Of a stretch of DNA of 64,000 nt, positions 43,101 to 58,600 are shown one piece after another. Below the pieces are notes generated by a model that made no database searches, was not told the DNA's origin, and saw only the letters and a list, made by a program, of their open reading frames with translations. The position numbers were made by a program, and so were the translations under genes. The stretch's first letter is position 1; each line of letters opens with the position of its first letter. The stretch is taken from contig OZ024740.1 of the NCBI GenBank assembly GCA_964016885.1, positions 407,216,001 through 407,280,000 of the forward strand, read 5' to 3'. This stretch comes from Eledone cirrhosa (taxonomy: Eukaryota).

Positions 43101-45730
43101 TAGCAATGTGGCCCACTGACAAGACACTGAATAGTAATGTGGCCCACTGACAAAACACTACATAGCAATGTGGCCCACTGACAAGACACTACATAGCAAT
43201 GTGGCCCACTGACAAGACACTACATAGCAATGTGGCCCACTGATAAGACACTGAATAGCAATGTGGCCCACTGACAAGACACTGAAAAGCAATGTGGCCC
43301 ACTGACAAGACTCTGCATAGCAATGTGGCCCACTGACAAAACACTACATAGCAATGTGGCTCACTGACAAGACACTGAATAGCAATGTGACAGACTGACA
43401 AGACACTGAATAGCAATGTGACAGACTGACAAGACACTGAATAGCAATGTGGCCCACTGACAAGACACTACATAGCAATGTGGCCCACTGACAAGACACT
43501 ACATAGCAATGTGGCCCACTGACAAGACACTGAATAGCAATGTGGCCCACTGACAAGACACTACATAGCAATGTGGCTCACTGACAAGACACTACATAGC
43601 AATGTGGCCCACTGACAAGACACTGAATAGCAATGTGGCCCACTGACAAGACACTACATAGCAATGTGGCCCACTGACAAGACACAACATAGCAATGTGG
43701 CCCACTGACAAGACACTACATAGCAATGTGGCCCACTGGCAAGACACTGAATAGCAATGTGGCCCACTGACAAGACACTACATAGCAATGTGGCTCACTG
43801 ACGAGACACTGAATAGCAATGTGGCCCACTGACAAGACACTACATAGCAATGTGACAGACTGACAAGACACTGAATAGCAATGTGGCCCACTGACAAGAC
43901 ACTACATAGCAATGTGGCTCACTGACAAGACACTGAATAGCAATGTGACAGACTGACAAGACACTGAATAGCAATGTAGCCCACTGACAAGACACTGAAT
44001 AGCAATGTGGCCCACTGACAAGACACTACATAGCAATGTGGCTCACTGACAAGACACTGAATAGCATTGTGGCTCACTGACAAGATACTACATAGCAATG
44101 TGGCCGAGAGACAAGACACTGAATAGCAATGTGGCCCACTGACAAAACACTACATAGCAATGTGGCCCACTGACAAGACACTACATAGCAATGTGGCCCA
44201 CTGACAAGACACTACATAGCAATATGACCCACTGACAAGACACTACATAGCAATGTGGCCCACTAACAAGACACTACATGGCAATGTGACCCACTGACAA
44301 GACACTGAATAGCAATGTGGGTTACTGACGAGACACTGAATAGCAATGTGGCCCACTGACAAGACACTACCTAGCAATGTGGCCCACTGACAAGACACTA
44401 CATAGCAATGTGTCCCACTGACAAGACATTGAATAGCAATGTGGCCCACTGACAAGACACTACATAACAATGTGGCCCACTGACAAGACACTGAATAGCA
44501 ATGTGTCCCACTGACAAGACACTGAATAGCAATGTGGCCCACTGACAAGACACTGAATAGCAATGTGGCCCACTGACAAGACACTGAATAGCAATGTGGC
44601 CCACTGACAAGTCACTACATAGCAATGTGGCCCACTGACAAGACACTGAATAGAAATGTGGCCCACTTACAAGACACTGAATAGCAATGTGGCCCACTGA
44701 CAAAACACTACATAGCAATGTGGCCCACTGACAAGACACTACATAGCAATGTGGCCCACTGACAAGACACTACATAGCAATGTGGCCCACTGATAAGACA
44801 CTGAATAGCAATGTGGCCCACTGACAAGACACTGAATAGCAATGTGGCCCACTGACAAAACACTACATAGCAATGTGGCCCACTGACAAGACACTACATA
44901 GCAATGTGGCTCACTGACAAGACACTGAATAGCAATGTGACAGACTGACAAGACACTGAATAGCAATGTGACAGACTGACAAGACACTGAAAAGCAATGT
45001 GGCCCACTGACAAGACACTACATAGCAATGTGGCCCACTGACAAGACACTGAATAGCAATGTGGCCCACTGACAAGACACTACATAGCAATGTGGCTCAC
45101 TGACAAGACACTACATAGCAATGTGGCCCACTGACAAGACACTGAATAGCAATGTGGCCCACTGACAAGACACAACATAGCAATGTGGCCCACTGACAAG
45201 ACACTACATAGCAATGTGGCCCACTGACAAGACACTGAATAGCAATGTGGCCCACTGACAAGACACTACATAGCAATGTGGCTCACCGACAAGACACTGA
45301 ATAGCAATGTGGCCCACTGACAAGACACTACATAGCAATGTGGCTCACTGACAAGACACTGAATAGCAATGTGGCCCACTGACAAGACACTGAATAGCAA
45401 TGTTGCCCACTGACAAGACACTATATAGCAATGTGGCCCACTGACAAGACACTGAATAGCAATGTGACAGACTGACAAGACACTGAATAGCAATGTGGCC
45501 CACTGACAAGACACTGAATAGCAATGTGGCCCAGTGACAAGACACTACATAGCAATGAGCGTCACTGACAAGACACTGAATAGCATTGTGGCTCACTGAC
45601 AAGATACTACATAGCAATGTGGCCGAGAGACAAGACACTGAATAGCAATGTGGCCCACAGACAAGGCACTGAATAGCAATGTGGCCCACTGACAAGACAC
45701 TGAATAGCAATGTGGCCCACTGACAAGACA
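37140..45730. repeat. Copy C of a ~8.6-kb tandem duplication
   Basis: Matches ~45,700-54,420 at offsets 8,559 (276x31+3), 8,435, 8,528 and 8,683. Shared private variants include GATCCTG, TAGGAATG, AATGAGCGTC and ACAATACCTAG. Confidence 0.9.
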
Positions 45731-48700
45731 CTACATAGCAATGTGGCCCACTGACAAGACACTGAATATCAATGTGGCCCACTGACAAGACACTACATAG
45801 CAATGTGGCTCACTGACAAGACACTACATAGCAATGTGGCCCACTGACAAGACACTGAATAGCAATGTGGCCCACTGACAAGACACTACATAGCAATGTG
45901 GCCCACTGACAAGACACTGAATAGCAATGTGGCCCACTGACAAGACACTACATAGCAATGTGGCTCACTGACAAGACACTACATAGCAATGTGGCCCACT
46001 GACAAGACACTGAATAGCAATGTGGCCCACTGACAAGACACAACATAGCAATGTGGCCCACTGACAAGACACTACATAGCAATGTGGCCCACTGACAAGA
46101 CACTGAATAGCAATGTGGCCCACTGACAAGACACTACATAGCAATGTGGCTCACCGACAAGACACTGAATAGCAATGTGGCCCACTGACAAGACACTACA
46201 CAGCAATGTGGCTCACTGACAAGACACTGAATAGCAATGTGGCCCACTGACAAGACACTGAATAGCAATGTTGCCCACTGACAAGACACTACATAGCAAT
46301 GTGGCCCACTGACAAGACACTGAATAGCAATGTGACAGACTGACAAGACACAGAATAGCAATGTGGCCCACTGACAAGACACTGAATAGCAATGTGGCCC
46401 AGTGACAAGACACTACATAGCAATGTGGCTCACTGACAAGACACTGAATAGTATTGTGGCTCACTGACAAGATACTACATAGCAATATGGCCGAGAGACA
46501 AGACACTGAATAGCAATGTGGCCCACAGACAAGGCACTGAATAGCAATGTGGCCCACTGACAAGACACTGAATAGCAATGTGGCCCACTGACAAGACACT
46601 ACATAGCAATATGGCCCACTGACAAGACACTACATAGCAATGTGGCCCACTAACAAGACACTACATAGCAATGTGACCCACTGACAAGACACTGAATAGC
46701 AATGTGGGTTACTGACGAGACACTGAATAGCAATGTGGCCCACTGACAAGACACTACCTAGCAATGTGGCCCACTGACAAGACATTGAATAGCAATAGTG
46801 GCTCACTGACAAGACACTGAATAACAATGTGGCCCACTGATAAGACACTGAATAGCAATGTGGCCCACTGACAAGACACTGAATAGCAATGTGGCCCACT
46901 GACAAGACACTACATAGCAATGTGGCCCACTGACAAGACACTGAATAGCAATGTGGCCCACTTACAAGACACTGAATAGCAATGTGGCCCACTGATAAGA
47001 CACTGAATAGCAATGTGGCCCACTGACAAGACACTGAATAGCAATGTGGCACACTGACAAGACTCTGCATAGCAATGTGGCCCACTGACAAAACACTACA
47101 TAGGAATGTGGCCCACTGACAAGACTCTGCATAGCAATGTGGCCCACTGACAAGACACTACATAGCAATGTGGCCCACTGACAAGATGTTGAATAGCAAT
47201 GTGGCCCACTGACAAGACACTACAGAGCAATGTGGCCCACTGACAAGATCCTGAATAGCAATGTGGCCCACTGACAAGACACTACATAGCAATGTGGCCC
47301 ACTGACAAGACACTACAGAGCAATGTGGCCCACTGACAAGACACTGAATAGCAATGTGGCCCACTGACAAGACACTACATAGCAATGTGGCTCACCGACA
47401 AGACACTGAATAGCAATGTGGCCCACTGACAAGACACTACATAGCAATGTGGCTCACTGACAAGACACTGAATAGCAATGTGGCCCACTGACAAGACACT
47501 GAATAGCAATGTTGCCCACTGACAAGGCACTACATAGCAATGTGGCTCACTGACAAGACACTGAATAGCAATGTGACAGACTGACAAGACACTGAATAGC
47601 AATGTGGCCCACTGACAAGACACTGAATAGCAATGTGGCCCAGTGACAAGACACTACATAGCAATGTGGCTCACTGACAAGACACTGAATAGTATTGTGG
47701 CTCACTGACAAGATACTACATAGCAATGTGGCCGAGAGACAAGACACTGAATAGCAATGTGGCCCACAGACAAGGCACTGAATAGCAATGTGGCCCACTG
47801 ACAAGACACTGAATAGCAATGTGACAGACTGACAAGACACTGAATAGCAATGTGACAGACTGACAAGACACTGAATAGCAATGTGGCCCACTGACAAGAC
47901 ACTACATAGCAATGTGGCCCACTGACAAGACACTGAATAGCAATGTGGCCCACTGACAAGACACTACATAGCAATATGGCCCACTGACAAGACACTACAT
48001 AGCAATGTGGCCCACTAACAAGACACTACATAGCAATGTGACCCACTGACAAGACACTGAATAGCAATGTGGGTTACTGACGAGACACTGAATAGCAATG
48101 TGGCCCACTGACAAGACAATACCTAGCAATGTGGCCCACTGACAAGACATTGAATAGAAATAGTGGCTCACTAACAAGACACTGAATAACAATGTGGCCC
48201 ACTGACAAGACACTGAATAGCAATGTGGCCCACTGACAAGACACTGAATAGCAATGTGGCCCACTGACAAGACACTACATAGCAATGTGGCCCACTGACA
48301 AGACACTGAATAGCAATGTGGCCCACTTACAAGACACTGAATAGCAATGTGGCCCACTGATAAGACACTGAATAGCAATGTGGCCCACTGACAAGACACT
48401 GAATAGCAATGTGGCACACTGACAAGACTCTGCATAGCAATGTGGCCCACTGACAAAACACTACATAGGAATGTGGCCCACTGACAAGACTCTGCATAGC
48501 AATGTGGCCCACTGACAAGACACTACATAGCAATGTGGCCCACTGACAAGACACTACAGAGCAATGTGGCCCACTGACAAGATCCTGAATAGCAATGTGG
48601 CCCACTGACAAGACACTACATAGCAATGTGTCCCACTGACAAGACATTGAATAGCAATGTGGCCCACTGACAAGACACTGAATAGCAATGTGGCCCACTG

Positions 48701-51700
48701 ACAAGACACTGAATAGCAATGTGTCTCACTGACAAGACACTACATAGCAATGTGGCCCACTGACAAGACACTGAATAGCAATGTGGCCCACTGACAAGAC
48801 ACTGAATAGCAATGTGTCCCACTGACAAGACACTGAATAGCAATGTGGCTCACTGACAAGATACTACATAGCAACGTGGCCGAGAGACAAGACACTGAAT
48901 AGCAATGTGACAGACTGACAAGACACTAAATAGCAATGTGACAGACTGACAAGACACTGAATAGCAATGTGGCCCACTGACAAGACACTGAATAGCAATG
49001 TGGCCCACTGACAAGACACTGAATTGCAATGTGGCCCACTGACAAGACACTGAACAGCAATGTGGCCCACTGACAAGTCACTACATAGCAATGTGGCCCA
49101 CTGACAAGACACTGAATAGAAATGTGGCCCACTTACAAGACACTGAATAGCAATGTGGCCCACTGACAAAACACTACATAGCAATGTGGCCCACTGAGAA
49201 GACACTACATAGCAATGTGGCCCACTGACAAGACACTACATAGCAATGTGGCCCACTGATAAGACACTGAATAGCAATGTGGCCCACTGACAAGACACTG
49301 AATAGCAATGTGGCCCACTGACAAAACACTACATAGCAATGTGGCCCACTGACAAGACACTACATAGCAATGTGGCTCACTGACAAGACACTGAATAGCA
49401 ATGTGACAGACTGACAAGACACTGAATAGCAATGTGACAGACTGACAAGACACTGAAAAGCAATGTGGCCCACTGACAAGACACTACATAGCAATGTGGC
49501 CCACTGACAAGACACTGAATAGCAATGTGGCCCACGGACAAGACACTACATAGCAATGTGGCTCACTGACAAGACACTACATAGCAATGTGGCCCACTGA
49601 CAAGACACTGAATAGCAATGTGGCCCACTGACAAGACACTACATAGCAATGTGGCCCACTGACAAGACACTGAATAGCAATGTGGCCCACTGACAAGACA
49701 CTACATAGCAATGTGGCTCACTGACAAGACACTACATAGCAATGTGACCCACTGACAAGACACTGAATAGCAATGTGGCCCACTGACAAGACACTACATA
49801 GCAATGTGGCTCACTGACAAGACACTGAATAGCAATGTGGCCCACTGACAAGACACTGAATAGCAATGTTGCCCACTGACAAGACACTACATAGCAATGT
49901 GGCCCACTGACAAGACACTGAATAGCAATGTGACAGACTGACAAGACACTGAATAGCAATGTGGCCCACTGACAAGACACTGAATAGCAATGTGGCCCAG
50001 TGACAAGACACTACATAGCAATGTGGCTCACTGACAAGACACTGAATAGCATTGTGGCTCACTGACAAGATACTACATAGCAATGTGGCCGAGAGACAAG
50101 ACACTGAATAGCAATGTGGCCCACAGACAAGGCACTGAATAGCAATGTGGCCCACTGACAAGACACTGAATAGCAATGTGGCCCACTGACAAGACACTGA
50201 ATAGCAATGTGGCCCACTGACAAGACACTACATAGCAATGTGACCCACTGACAAGACACTGAATAGCAATGTGGGTTACTGACGAGACACTGAATAGCAA
50301 TGTGGCCCACTGACAAGACACTACCTAGCAATGTGGCCCACTGACAAGACATTGAATAGCAATAGTGGCTCACTGACAAGACACTGAATAACAATGTGGC
50401 CCACTGACAAGACACTGAATAGCAATGTGGCCCACTGACAAGACACTGAATAGCAATGTGGCCCACTGACAAGACACTACATAGCAATGTGGCCCACTGA
50501 CAAGACACTGAATAGCAATGTGGCCCACTTACAAGACACTGAATAGCAATGTGGCCCACTGATAAGACACTGAATAGCAATGTGGCCCACTGACAAGACA
50601 CTGAATAGCAATGTGGCACACTGACAAGACTCTGCATAGCAATGTGGCCCAGTGACAAGACACTACATAGCAATGTGGCCCACTGACAAGATGTTGAATA
50701 GCAATGTGGCCCACTGACAATACACTACATAGCAATGTGTCCCACTGACAAGACATTGAATAGCAATGTGGCCCACTGACAAGACACTACATAACAATGT
50801 GGCCCACTGACAAGACACTGAATAGCAATGTGGCCCACTGACAAGACACTGAATAGCAATGTGTCTCACTGACAAGACACTACATAGCAATGTGGCCCAC
50901 TGACAAGACACTGAATAGCAATGTGGCCCACTGACAAGACACTGAATAGCAATGTGGCCCACTGACAAGACACTGAATAGCAATGTGGCCCACTAACAAG
51001 ACACTACATAGCAATGTGGCTCACTGACAAGACACTGAATAGCAATGTGACACACTGACAAGACACTGAATAGCAATGTGTCCCACTGACAAGACACTGA
51101 ATAGCAATGTGGCTCACTGACAAGATACTACATAGCAACGTGGCCGAGAGACAAGACACTGAATAGCAATGTGACAGACTGACAAGACACTGAATAGCAA
51201 TGTGACAGACTGACAAGACACTGAATAGCAATGTGGCCCACTGACAAGACACTGAATAGCAATGTGGCCCACTGACAAGACACTGAATAGCAATGTGGCC
51301 CACTGACAAGACACTGAATAGCAATGTGGCCCACTGACAAGTCACTACATAGCAATGTGGCCCACTGACAAGACACTGAATAGAAATGTGGCCCACTTAC
51401 AAGACACTGAATAGCAATGTGGCCCACTGACAAAACACTACATAGCAATGTGGCCCACTGACAAGACACTACATAGCAATGTGGCCCACTGACAAGACAC
51501 TACATAGCAATGTGGCCCACTGATAAGACACTGAATAGCAATGTGGCCCACTGTCAAGACACTGAATAGTAATGTGGCCCACTGACAAAACACTACATAG
51601 CAATGTGGCCCACTGACAAGACACTACATAGCAATGTGGCCCACTGACAAGACACTACATAGCAATGTGGCCCACTGATAAGACACTGAATAGCAATGTG

Positions 51701-54420
51701 GCCCACTGACAAGACACTGAATAGCAATGTGGCCCACTGACAAGACTCTGCATAGCAATGTGGCCCACTGACAAAACACTACATAGCAATGTGGCTCACT
51801 GACAAGACACTGAATAGCAATGTGACAGACTGACAAGACACTGAATAGCAATGTGACAGACTGACAAGACACTGAATAGCAATGTGGCCCACTGACAAGA
51901 CACTACATAGCAATGTGGCCCACTGACAAGACACTACATAGCAATGTGGCCCAATGACAAGACACTGAATAGCAATGTGGCCCACTGACAAGACACTACA
52001 TAGCAATGTGGCTCACTGACAAGACACTACATAGCAATGTGGCCCACTGACAAGACACTGAATAGCAATGTGGCCCACTGACAAGACACTACATAGCAAT
52101 GTGGCCCACTGACAAGACACAACATAGCAATGTGGCCCACTGACAAGACACTACATAGCAATGTGGCCCACTGGCAAGACACTGAATAGCAATGTGGCCC
52201 ACTGACAAGACACTACATAGCAATGTGGCTCACTGACGAGACACTGAATAGCAATGTGGCCCACTGACAAGACACTACATAGCAATGTGGCCCACTGACA
52301 AGACACTGAATAGCAATGTTGCCCACTGACAAGACACTACATAGCAATGTGGCCCACTGACAAGACACTACATAGCAATGTGGCCCACTGACAAGACACT
52401 GAATAGCAATGTGGCCCACTGACAAGACACTACATAGCAATGTGACAGACTGACAAGACACTGAATAGCAATGTGGCCCACTGACAAGACACTACATAGC
52501 AATGTGGCTCACTGACAAGACACTGAATAGCAATGTGACAGACTGACAAGACACTGAATAGCAATGTAGCCCACTGACAAGACAATGAATAGCAATGTGG
52601 CCCACTGACAAGATACTACATAGCAATGTGGCCGAGAGACAAGACACTGAATAGCAATGTGGCCCACTGACAAAACACTACATAGCAATGTGGCCCACTG
52701 ACAAGACACTACATAGCAATGTGGCCCACTGACAAGACACTACATAGCAATATGACCCACTGACAAGACACTACATAGCAATGTGGCCCACTAACAAGAC
52801 ACTACATGGCAATGTGACCCACTGACAAGACACTGAATAGCAATGTGGGTTACTGACGAGACACTGAATAGCAATGTGGCCCACTGACAAGACACTACCT
52901 AGCAATGTGGCCCACTGACAAGACACTACATAGCAATGTGTCCCACTGACAAGACATTGAATAGCAATGTGGCCCACTGACAAGACACTACATAACAATG
53001 TGGCCCACTGACAAGACACTGAATAGCAATGTGTCCCACTGACAAGACACTGAATAGCAATGTGGCCCACTGACAAGACACTGAATAGCAATGTGGCCCA
53101 CTGACAAGACACTGAATAGCAATGTGGCCCACTGACAAGTCACTACATAGCAATGTGGCCCACTGACAAGACACTGAATAGAAATGTGGCCCACTTACAA
53201 GACACTGAATAGCAATGTGGCCCACTGACAAAACACTACATAGCAATGTGGCCCACTGACAAGACACTACATAGCAATGTGGCCCACTGACAAGACACTA
53301 CATAGCAATGTGGCCCACTGATAAGACACTGAATAGCAATGTGGCCCACTGACAAGACACTGAATAGCAATGTGGCCCACTGACAAAACACTACATAGCA
53401 ATGTGGCCCACTGACAAGACACTACATAGCAATGTGGCTCACTGACAAGACACTGAATAGCAATGTGACAGACTGACAAGACACTGAATAGCAATGTGAC
53501 AGACTGACAAGACACTGAAAAGCAATGTGGCCCACTGACAAGACACTACATAGCAATGTGGCCCACTGACAAGACACTGAATAGCAATGTGGCCCACTGA
53601 CAAGACACTACATAGCAATGTGGCTCACTGACAAGACACTACATAGCAATGTGGCCCACTGACAAGACACTGAATAGCAATGTGGCCCACTGACAAGACA
53701 CTACATAGCAATGTGGCCCACTGACAAGACACTGAATAGCAATGTGGCCCACTGACAAGACACTACATAGCAATGTGGCTCACTGACAAGACACTACATA
53801 GCAATGTGGCCCACTGACAAGACACTGAATAGCAATGTGGCCCACTGACAAGACACAACATAGCAATGTGGCCCACTGACAAGACACTACATAGCAATGT
53901 GGCCCACTGACAAGACACTGAATAGCAATGTGGCCCACTGACAAGACACTACATAGCAATGTGGCTCACCGACAAGACACTGAATAGCAATGTGGCCCAC
54001 TGACAAGACACTACATAGCAATGTGGCTCACTGACAAGACACTGAATAGCAATGTGGCCCACTGACAAGACACTGAATAGCAATGTTGCCCACTGACAAG
54101 ACACTATATAGCAATGTGGCCCACTGACAAGACACTGAATAGCAATGTGACAGACTGACAAGACACTGAATAGCAATGTGGCCCACTGACAAGACACTGA
54201 ATAGCAATGTGGCCCAGTGACAAGACACTACATAGCAATGAGCGTCACTGACAAGACACTGAATAGCATTGTGGCTCACTGACAAGATACTACATAGCAA
54301 TGTGGCCGAGAGACAAGACACTGAATAGCAATGTGGCCCACAGACAAGGCACTGAATAGCAATGTGGCCCACTGACAAGACACTGAATAGCAATGTGGCC
54401 CACTGACAAGACACTACATA
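45700..54420. repeat. Copy D of the ~8.6-kb tandem duplication
   Basis: Inserted A at 46,797/48,162/50,364 = 38,238/39,603/41,805 + 8,559. Confidence 0.9.
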
Positions 54421-55689
54421 GCAATATGGCCCACTGACAAGACACTACATAGCAATGTGGCCCACTAACAAGACACTACATAGCAATGTGGCCCACTGAC
54501 AAGACACTGAATAGCAATGTGGCCCACTTACAAGACACTGAATAGCAATGTGGCCCACTGATAAGACACTGAATAGCAATGTGGCCCACTGACAAAACAC
54601 TACATAGCAATGTGGCCCACTGACAAGACTCTGCATAGCAATGTGGCCCACTGACAAGACACTACATAGCAATGTGGCCCACTGACAAGATGTTGAATAG
54701 CATTGTGGCTCACTGACAAGATACTACATAGCAATGTGGCCGAGAGACAAGACACTGAATAGCAATGTGGCCCACAGACAAGACACTGAATAGCAATGTG
54801 GGTTACTGACGAGACACTGAATAGCAATGTGGCCCACTGACAAGACACTACCTAGCAATGTGGCCCACTGACAAGACATTGAATAGCAATAGTGGCTCAC
54901 TGACAAGACACTGAATAACAATGTGGCCCACTGACAAGACACTGAATAGCAATGTGGCCCACTGACAAGACACTGAATAGCAATGTGGCCCACTGACAAG
55001 ATACTACATAGCAATGTGGCCCACTGACAAGACACTGAATAGCAATGTGGCCCACTTACAAGACACTGAATAGCAATGTGGCCCACTGATAAGACACTGA
55101 ATAGCAATGTGGCCCACTGACAAGACACTGAATAGCAATGTGGCACACTGACAAGACTCTGCATAGCAATGTGGCCCACTGACAAAACACTACATAGCAA
55201 TGTGGCCCACTGACAAGACTCTGCATAGCAATGTGGCCCACTGACAAGACACTACATAGCAATGTGGCCCACTGACAAGATGTTGAATAGCAATGTGGCC
55301 CACTGACAAGACACTACATAGCAATGTGGCCCACTGACAAGATGTTGAATAGCAATGTGGCCCACTGACAAGACACTACAGAGCAATGTGGCCCACTGAC
55401 AAGATGCTGAATAGCAATGTGGCCCACTGACAAGACACTACATAGCAATGTGTCCCACTGACAAGACATTGAATAGCAATGTGGCCCACTGACAAGACAC
55501 TACATAACAATGTGGCCCACTGACAAGACACTGAATAGCAATGTGGCCCACTGACAAGACACTGAATAGCAATGTGTCTCACTGACAAGACACTACATAG
55601 CAATGTGGCCCACTGACAAGACACTGAATAGCAATGTGGCCCACTGACAAGACACTGAATAGCAATGTGGCCCACTGACAAGACACTGA

Positions 55690-58600
55690 ATAGCAATGTG
55701 GCCCACTAACAAGACACTACATAGCAATGTGGCTCACTGACAGGACACTGAATAGCAATGTGACACACTGACAAGACACTGAATAGCAATGTGTCCCACT
55801 GACAAGACACTGAATAGCAATGTGGCTCACTGACAAGATACTACATAGCAACGTGGCCGAGAGACAAGACACTGAATAGCAATGTGACAGACTGACAAGA
55901 CACTGAATAGCAATGTGACAGACTGACAAGACACTGAATAGCAATGTGGCCCACTGACAAGACACTGAATAGCAATGTGGCCCACTGACAAGACACTGAA
56001 TAGCAATGTGGCCCACTGACAAGACACTGAATAGCAAAGTGGCTCACTGACAAGATACTACATAGCAACGTGGCCGAGAGACAAGACACTGAATAGCAAT
56101 GTGGCCCACTGACAAGACGCTACATAGCAATGTGGCCCACTGACAAGACCCTACATAGCAATGTGGTCCACTGACAAGACACTGAATAGCAATGTGACAG
56201 ACTGACAAGACACTGAATAGCAATGTGGCCCACTGACAAGACACGACATAGCAATGTGGCTCACTGACAAGACACTGAATAGCAATGTGGCCCACTGACA
56301 AGACACTACATAGCAATGTGGCTCACTGACAAGACACCACATAGCAATCTGGCCCACTGACAAGACACTGAATAGCAATGTGGCCCACTCACAAGACTCT
56401 ACATAGCAATGTGGCTCACTGACAAGACACTGAATAGCAATGTGACAGACTGACAAGACACTGAATAGCAATGTGACAGACTGACAAGACACTGAATAGC
56501 AATGTGGCCCACTGACAAGACACTACATAGCAATGTGGCCCACTGACAAGACACTGAATAGCAATGTGGCCCACTGACAAGACACTACATAGCAATGTGG
56601 CTCACTGACAAGACACTACATAGCAATGTGGCCCACTGACAAGACACTGAATAGCAATGTGGCCCACTGACAAGACACAACATAGCAATGTGGCCCACTG
56701 ACAAGACACTACATAGCAATGTGGCCCACTGACAAGACACTGAATAGCAATGTGGCCCACTGACAACACACTACATAGCAATGTGGCTCACTGACAAGAC
56801 ACTGAATAGCAATGTGGCCCACTGACAAGACACTACATAGCAATGTGGCTCACTGACAAGACACTTAATAGCAATGTGGCCCACTGACAAGACACTGAAT
56901 AGCAATGTTGCCCTCTGACAAGACACTACATAGCAATGTGGCCCACTGACAAGACACTACATAGCAATGTGGCCCACTGACAAGACACTGAATAGCAATG
57001 TGGCCCACTGACAAGACACTACATAGCAATGTGACAGACTGACAAGACACTGAATAGCAATGTGGCCCACTGACAAGACACTACATAGCAATGTGGCTCA
57101 TTGACAAGACACTGAATAGCAATGTGACACACTGACAAGACACTGAATAGCAATGTGTCCCACTGACAAGACACTGAATAGCAATGTGGCTCACTGACAA
57201 GATACTACATAGCAACGTGGCCGAAAGACAAGACACTGAATAGCAATGTGACAGACTGACAAGACACTGAATAGCAATGTGACAGACTGACAAGACACTG
57301 AATAGCAATGTGGCCCACTGACAAGACACTGAATAGCAATGTGGCCCACTGACAAGACACTGAATAGCAATGTGGCCCACTGACAAGACACTGAATAGCA
57401 AAGTGGCTCACTGACAAGATACTACATAGCAACGTGGCCGAGAGACAAGACACTGAATAGCAATGTGGCCCACTGACAAGACGCTACATAGCAATGTGGC
57501 CCACTGACAAGACCCTACATAGCAATGTGGCCCACTGACAAGACACTGAATAGCAATGTGACAGACTGACAAGACACTGAATAGCAATGTGGCCCACTGA
57601 CAAGACACGACATAGCAATGTGGCTCACTGACAAGACACTGAATAGCAATGTGGCCCACTGACAAGACACTACATAGCAATGTGGCTCACTGACAAGACA
57701 CTACATAGCAATGTGGCCCACTGACAAGACACTGAATAGCAATGTGGCCCACTGACAAGACACTACATAGCAATGTGGCTCACTGACAAGACACTGAATA
57801 GCAATGTGACAGGCTGACAAGACACTGAATAGCAATGTGACAGACTGACAAGACACTGAATAGCAATGTGGCCCACTGACAAGACACTACATAGCAATGT
57901 GGCCCACTGACAAGACACTGAATAGCAATGTGGCCCACTGACAAGACACTACATAGCAATGTGGCTCACTGACAAGACACTACATAGCAATGTGGCCCAC
58001 TGACAAGACACTGAATAGCAATGTGGCCCACTGACAAGACACTACATAGCAATGTGGCCCACTGACAAGACACAACATAGCAATGTGGCCCACTGACAAG
58101 ACACTACATAGCAATGTGGCCCACTGGCAAGACACTGAATAGCAATGTGGCCCACTGACAAGACACTACATAGCAATGTGGCTCACTGACAAGACACTGA
58201 ATAGCAATGTGGCCCACTGACAAGACACTGAATAGCAATGTTGCCCACTGACAAGACACTACATAGCAATGTGGCCCACTGACAAGACACTACATAGCAA
58301 TGTGGCCCACTGACAAGACACTGAATAGCAATGTGGCCCACTGACAAGACACTACATAGCAATGTGACAGACTGACAAGACACTGAATAGCAATGTGGCC
58401 CACTGACAAGACACTACATAGCAATGTGGCTCACTGACAAGACACTGAATAGCATTGTGGCTCACTGACAAGATACTACATAGCAATGTGGCCGAGAGAC
58501 AAGACACTGAATAGCAATATGGCCCACTGACAAAACACTACATAGCAATGTGGCCCACTGACAAGACACTACATAGCAATGTGGCCCACTGACAAAACAC

